From Octopus vulgaris (taxonomy: Eukaryota): 64,000 bases of DNA. The stretch is from contig OX597829.1 in assembly GCA_951406725.2 (NCBI GenBank), positions 32,240,001-32,304,000 on the forward strand. Reading direction: 5' to 3'. The position numbers and the translations under genes are program-made. Positions 61,495-64,000 of the stretch are shown here, piece after piece. Each line of letters opens with the position of its first letter. Position 1 is the stretch's first letter. The notes under the pieces were generated by a model. The model was not told where the DNA came from. It did no database searches and saw only the letters and a program-made list of their open reading frames with translations.

Positions 61495-61678
61495 CCCTTT
61501 AGCATTTAAACCAGCCAATTACTGGTTATATCTGGTCTCTAACACCTACCTGACAATGTTGTACAAAAAGTAAATGATCCCATAACAAAAATCTTAAAGC
61601 TTTGAGATAGAGCATGATGGATTCAAAGCAGTGTGAATAAACATGCATTACATTTGACAGAATCTGAATGGTAAAGGG
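61495..61678. mobile_element. piggyBac-like MITE, same family as 59363 in opposite orientation
   Basis: TTAA|CCCTTTAGCATTTAAACC...GAATGGTAAAGGG|TTAA; reverse complement aligns with 59363-59579. Confidence 0.85.
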
Positions 61679-62109
61679 TTAAATATTGGGAACAATATAC
61701 TTTCTTCTCTCAAATGGTCTTGTGGTTATGTAAGAAAGTATTGACTAATTAACTACCATCAGAAGAAATTATAAACTTTTTATTTTCATAAAGTTTTAAA
61801 GCATAGTATTGATCCTGTTTAGATCAAGTAATATTGTTTAGATGTCTACTCAGTGTTGAGCTACATGGTCAGTTGTTGGCAGGGCTTATATAAGCTCTGT
61901 AGTTTGTACATCTTATATGCTATCTCCATTGTAATGTTTGTTATAATCCAGGAAGGTTGAGAATCAGTTTTTTCCAATGATAAAATAATAAACCCAATTC
62001 ACAGGGAATGGCTAGTTTTAGATTGGGCATAAGTTTCTAGTTGCATGCTTTGATAATTCAGTTGTGTGCTTGTATAATTCTGGTATGTGTGTGTGTGCGT
62101 GCGCATGTG

Positions 62110-62560
62110 CAAGACTTGTCTCCTGGCACATCTCATCAGTGATGTGATTTCGAGTCATCAGGGGTTTAGCCTTCTTAATATAGATGTTCTTGTCCAGACA
62201 ACCCAGCCAGTGTCTGTCCTAGCTACAATTATTCATAGACCAACCCCTGAATCCAAAGCCACGAGGATTTTTTGCAGCTTCTCTTGTTAATTGTATTGTC
62301 CTTCTTCGTTAACCCATGTAAATCCAAGTTGCTTGAGGACTGTGCAGAATGAGTATCTTGCAATGTCTCTACCACCACTTCTATAGGATCATGTATTTTG
62401 AAGATTTGCTGACCATTTGCTGGTACTTCATACATTTTAGCAGCAGCACCATTCCTAGGGTGCTGCATTCAATTGTGGGCCTCTCTTGACTGTTGTAGAG
62501 TTATCAGCAGCTCTTTAGTACTGTAAAATCTTCTGGTTCTGAAGTGAACCATTAGTATTT
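62110..62560 (-). mobile_element. RLE-type LINE 3' fragment (NeSL/Hero-like)
   Basis: Minus-strand PIEV and KSSWLWIQ motifs typical of RLE C-termini; heavily decayed. Confidence 0.5.
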
Positions 62561-63269
62561 TTGAAGTAGTTCACATTAAAAAAAAAAAAAAAAAGTCTCT
62601 AAAGATGAGGTTAATTAAGTTCAGGAAATTATATTTGTTCTTTAGTTTCTGTATTTCTTTTACTATGAAGTATTACATTAACTGTTCCTTATGAATACAA
62701 CTTGATAAAATTAATGTTTTCAGCAAGTTATTTTGCATATTCTAAAACAAAAAAAACAAAACAAAACATTCAGGCTTTTATCATTCAGGCTGCATCTGAA
62801 AATTTCAAATCAATGAATGAAGAATTTTTTCATTCAACTAAAAAATTTTCAAGGCGGTGCTGCATCATGGCCATGGTTGGTCTGAAACAAGTAAATGAAA
62901 GATGTGATATCATCTATAGACATTTTGAGCTCTAGTATTACTATTAAGTTTTCTATGTTAAATCATGCATTCAGATTAAATTTTAATGAAGCAAGAAGGA
63001 TGTCTTCATTGCAACAATAAAAATGTATCAGTAATTATGATTTTCTAAAATCTTGATTAGTGCTTTAATTTCTTGTGAATTTGGCAACATTAGTTGTTTT
63101 GAGTAGTTCTATAATCTGATGTTCCAACTGTAACCATCTCACCTTTTCATTTATAAAGGGCAACATTCTTTGAACTGGTTTAAAATTGTAGGGGTTTAAA
63201 AAAAAAAAATTTAACTGTTATTTCTTATAGCTTGAGCAAACCCTTTAGTTAGCATATTTCTGTAGGATT

Positions 63270-63910
63270 GTTTTGGTCATCTCTGATGAGCAGGTGATAG
63301 GCCCAAACCACCTGAGCTTGCGTTTCTTTATTGTGGTGAGAAGTTCCTTATAGGGCCCTATTGCCTGCCTTATCTTTCTTTTCACTTCCTAATTCATGAC
63401 ATGATCTCTGTATGATATTCCCAAAACATCTGAAACATTTCTTCTCTGCAGCCTGGATTCTTCTTTTGATTTCGGCTGTCAGTGTCCATGTCTCACAGAT
63501 GTACAGAATATTGAGATTACTAGTGATCTCATTAGTTAAATTTTGGAGCTCAGTGAGATACTTCTGACTTTCCACAGTGAAGATTTAATCCAAGTCTTTG
63601 GAACTGTTAAAGCCACTGACTCTAATATTAGTATTGATTCCGTTTGGGCTGTTTGTCATAACTTGTTTTCTCTCTGTTTATCTCCATGCCAAATTCATTG
63701 GAAGTCTTGTCTAGATGCTCTACTAGTTGTTTCAATTCTTGTTCTTAACCCATCAGTCTGACAATATCATGTATAAAGTGCAGGTTTGTTAGGTTTCTGC
63801 TGCCAATGCTAATTGTACCATGTGATCTTCTAAGTGCAACTATCATAATCCTCTCAAGGAAGATGTTGAACAAGTTCGGCAAGAGAAGGCAGCCTTGTCT
63901 TACACCAATC
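63270..63910 (-). mobile_element. RTE-like LINE RT/C-terminal relic
   Basis: IGVRQGCLLLPNLFNIFLERIM, NLHFIHDI (decayed FADD), LYICETWTLTAEIKRRIQAAEKKCFR. Confidence 0.85.
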
Positions 63911-64000
63911 GACTAAAACAAATAAATAATGTAAAAGATAGTTGTAACTAATGTTTTTATGATAGTTCTACTCTTTGTAGAGCAACACCACAGAATGGAC

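Noticed and set aside
62062-62082. 21-nt symmetric microexon candidate (VVCLYNS) after TGCATG
   Set aside because: No pyrimidine tract, donor merges into a (TG)n repeat, peptide unlike the family sequence expected here.

Overview
AT-rich, CpG-depleted, repeat-dense animal genomic DNA; the SINE/MITE repertoire most resembles an octopus (coleoid cephalopod) genome (inference). Almost all ORFs in the supplied track are spurious or are transposon debris. The whole window appears to lie inside one + strand gene, the invertebrate co-ortholog of JIP3/JIP4 (MAPK8IP3/SPAG9; Sunday driver/UNC-16), a JNK scaffold and kinesin/dynein adaptor. Seven phase-compatible exons (20213-47131) plus two frame-preserving microexons (36 nt at 48449, 33 nt at 55675) splice into one open frame. 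I did not find the first coding exon(s) or the GMGREVENLI leucine-zipper exon onward; they probably lie outside the window. Introns hold at least four SINE-like families, two mariner relics, Helitron/Helentron-type elements, TA- and TTAA-flanked MITEs, RTE and RLE-type LINE relics, microsatellites and a 100-N gap. Most notable: (i) at 36.2-36.6 kb, a tRNA-headed short element carrying a complete minimal Penelope-type hammerhead ribozyme, arranged as an inverted repeat with a truncated second copy; (ii) many candidate regulated splicing events in the JIP linker: microexons, a poison-exon candidate and an in-frame alternative donor that removes a TQT motif.
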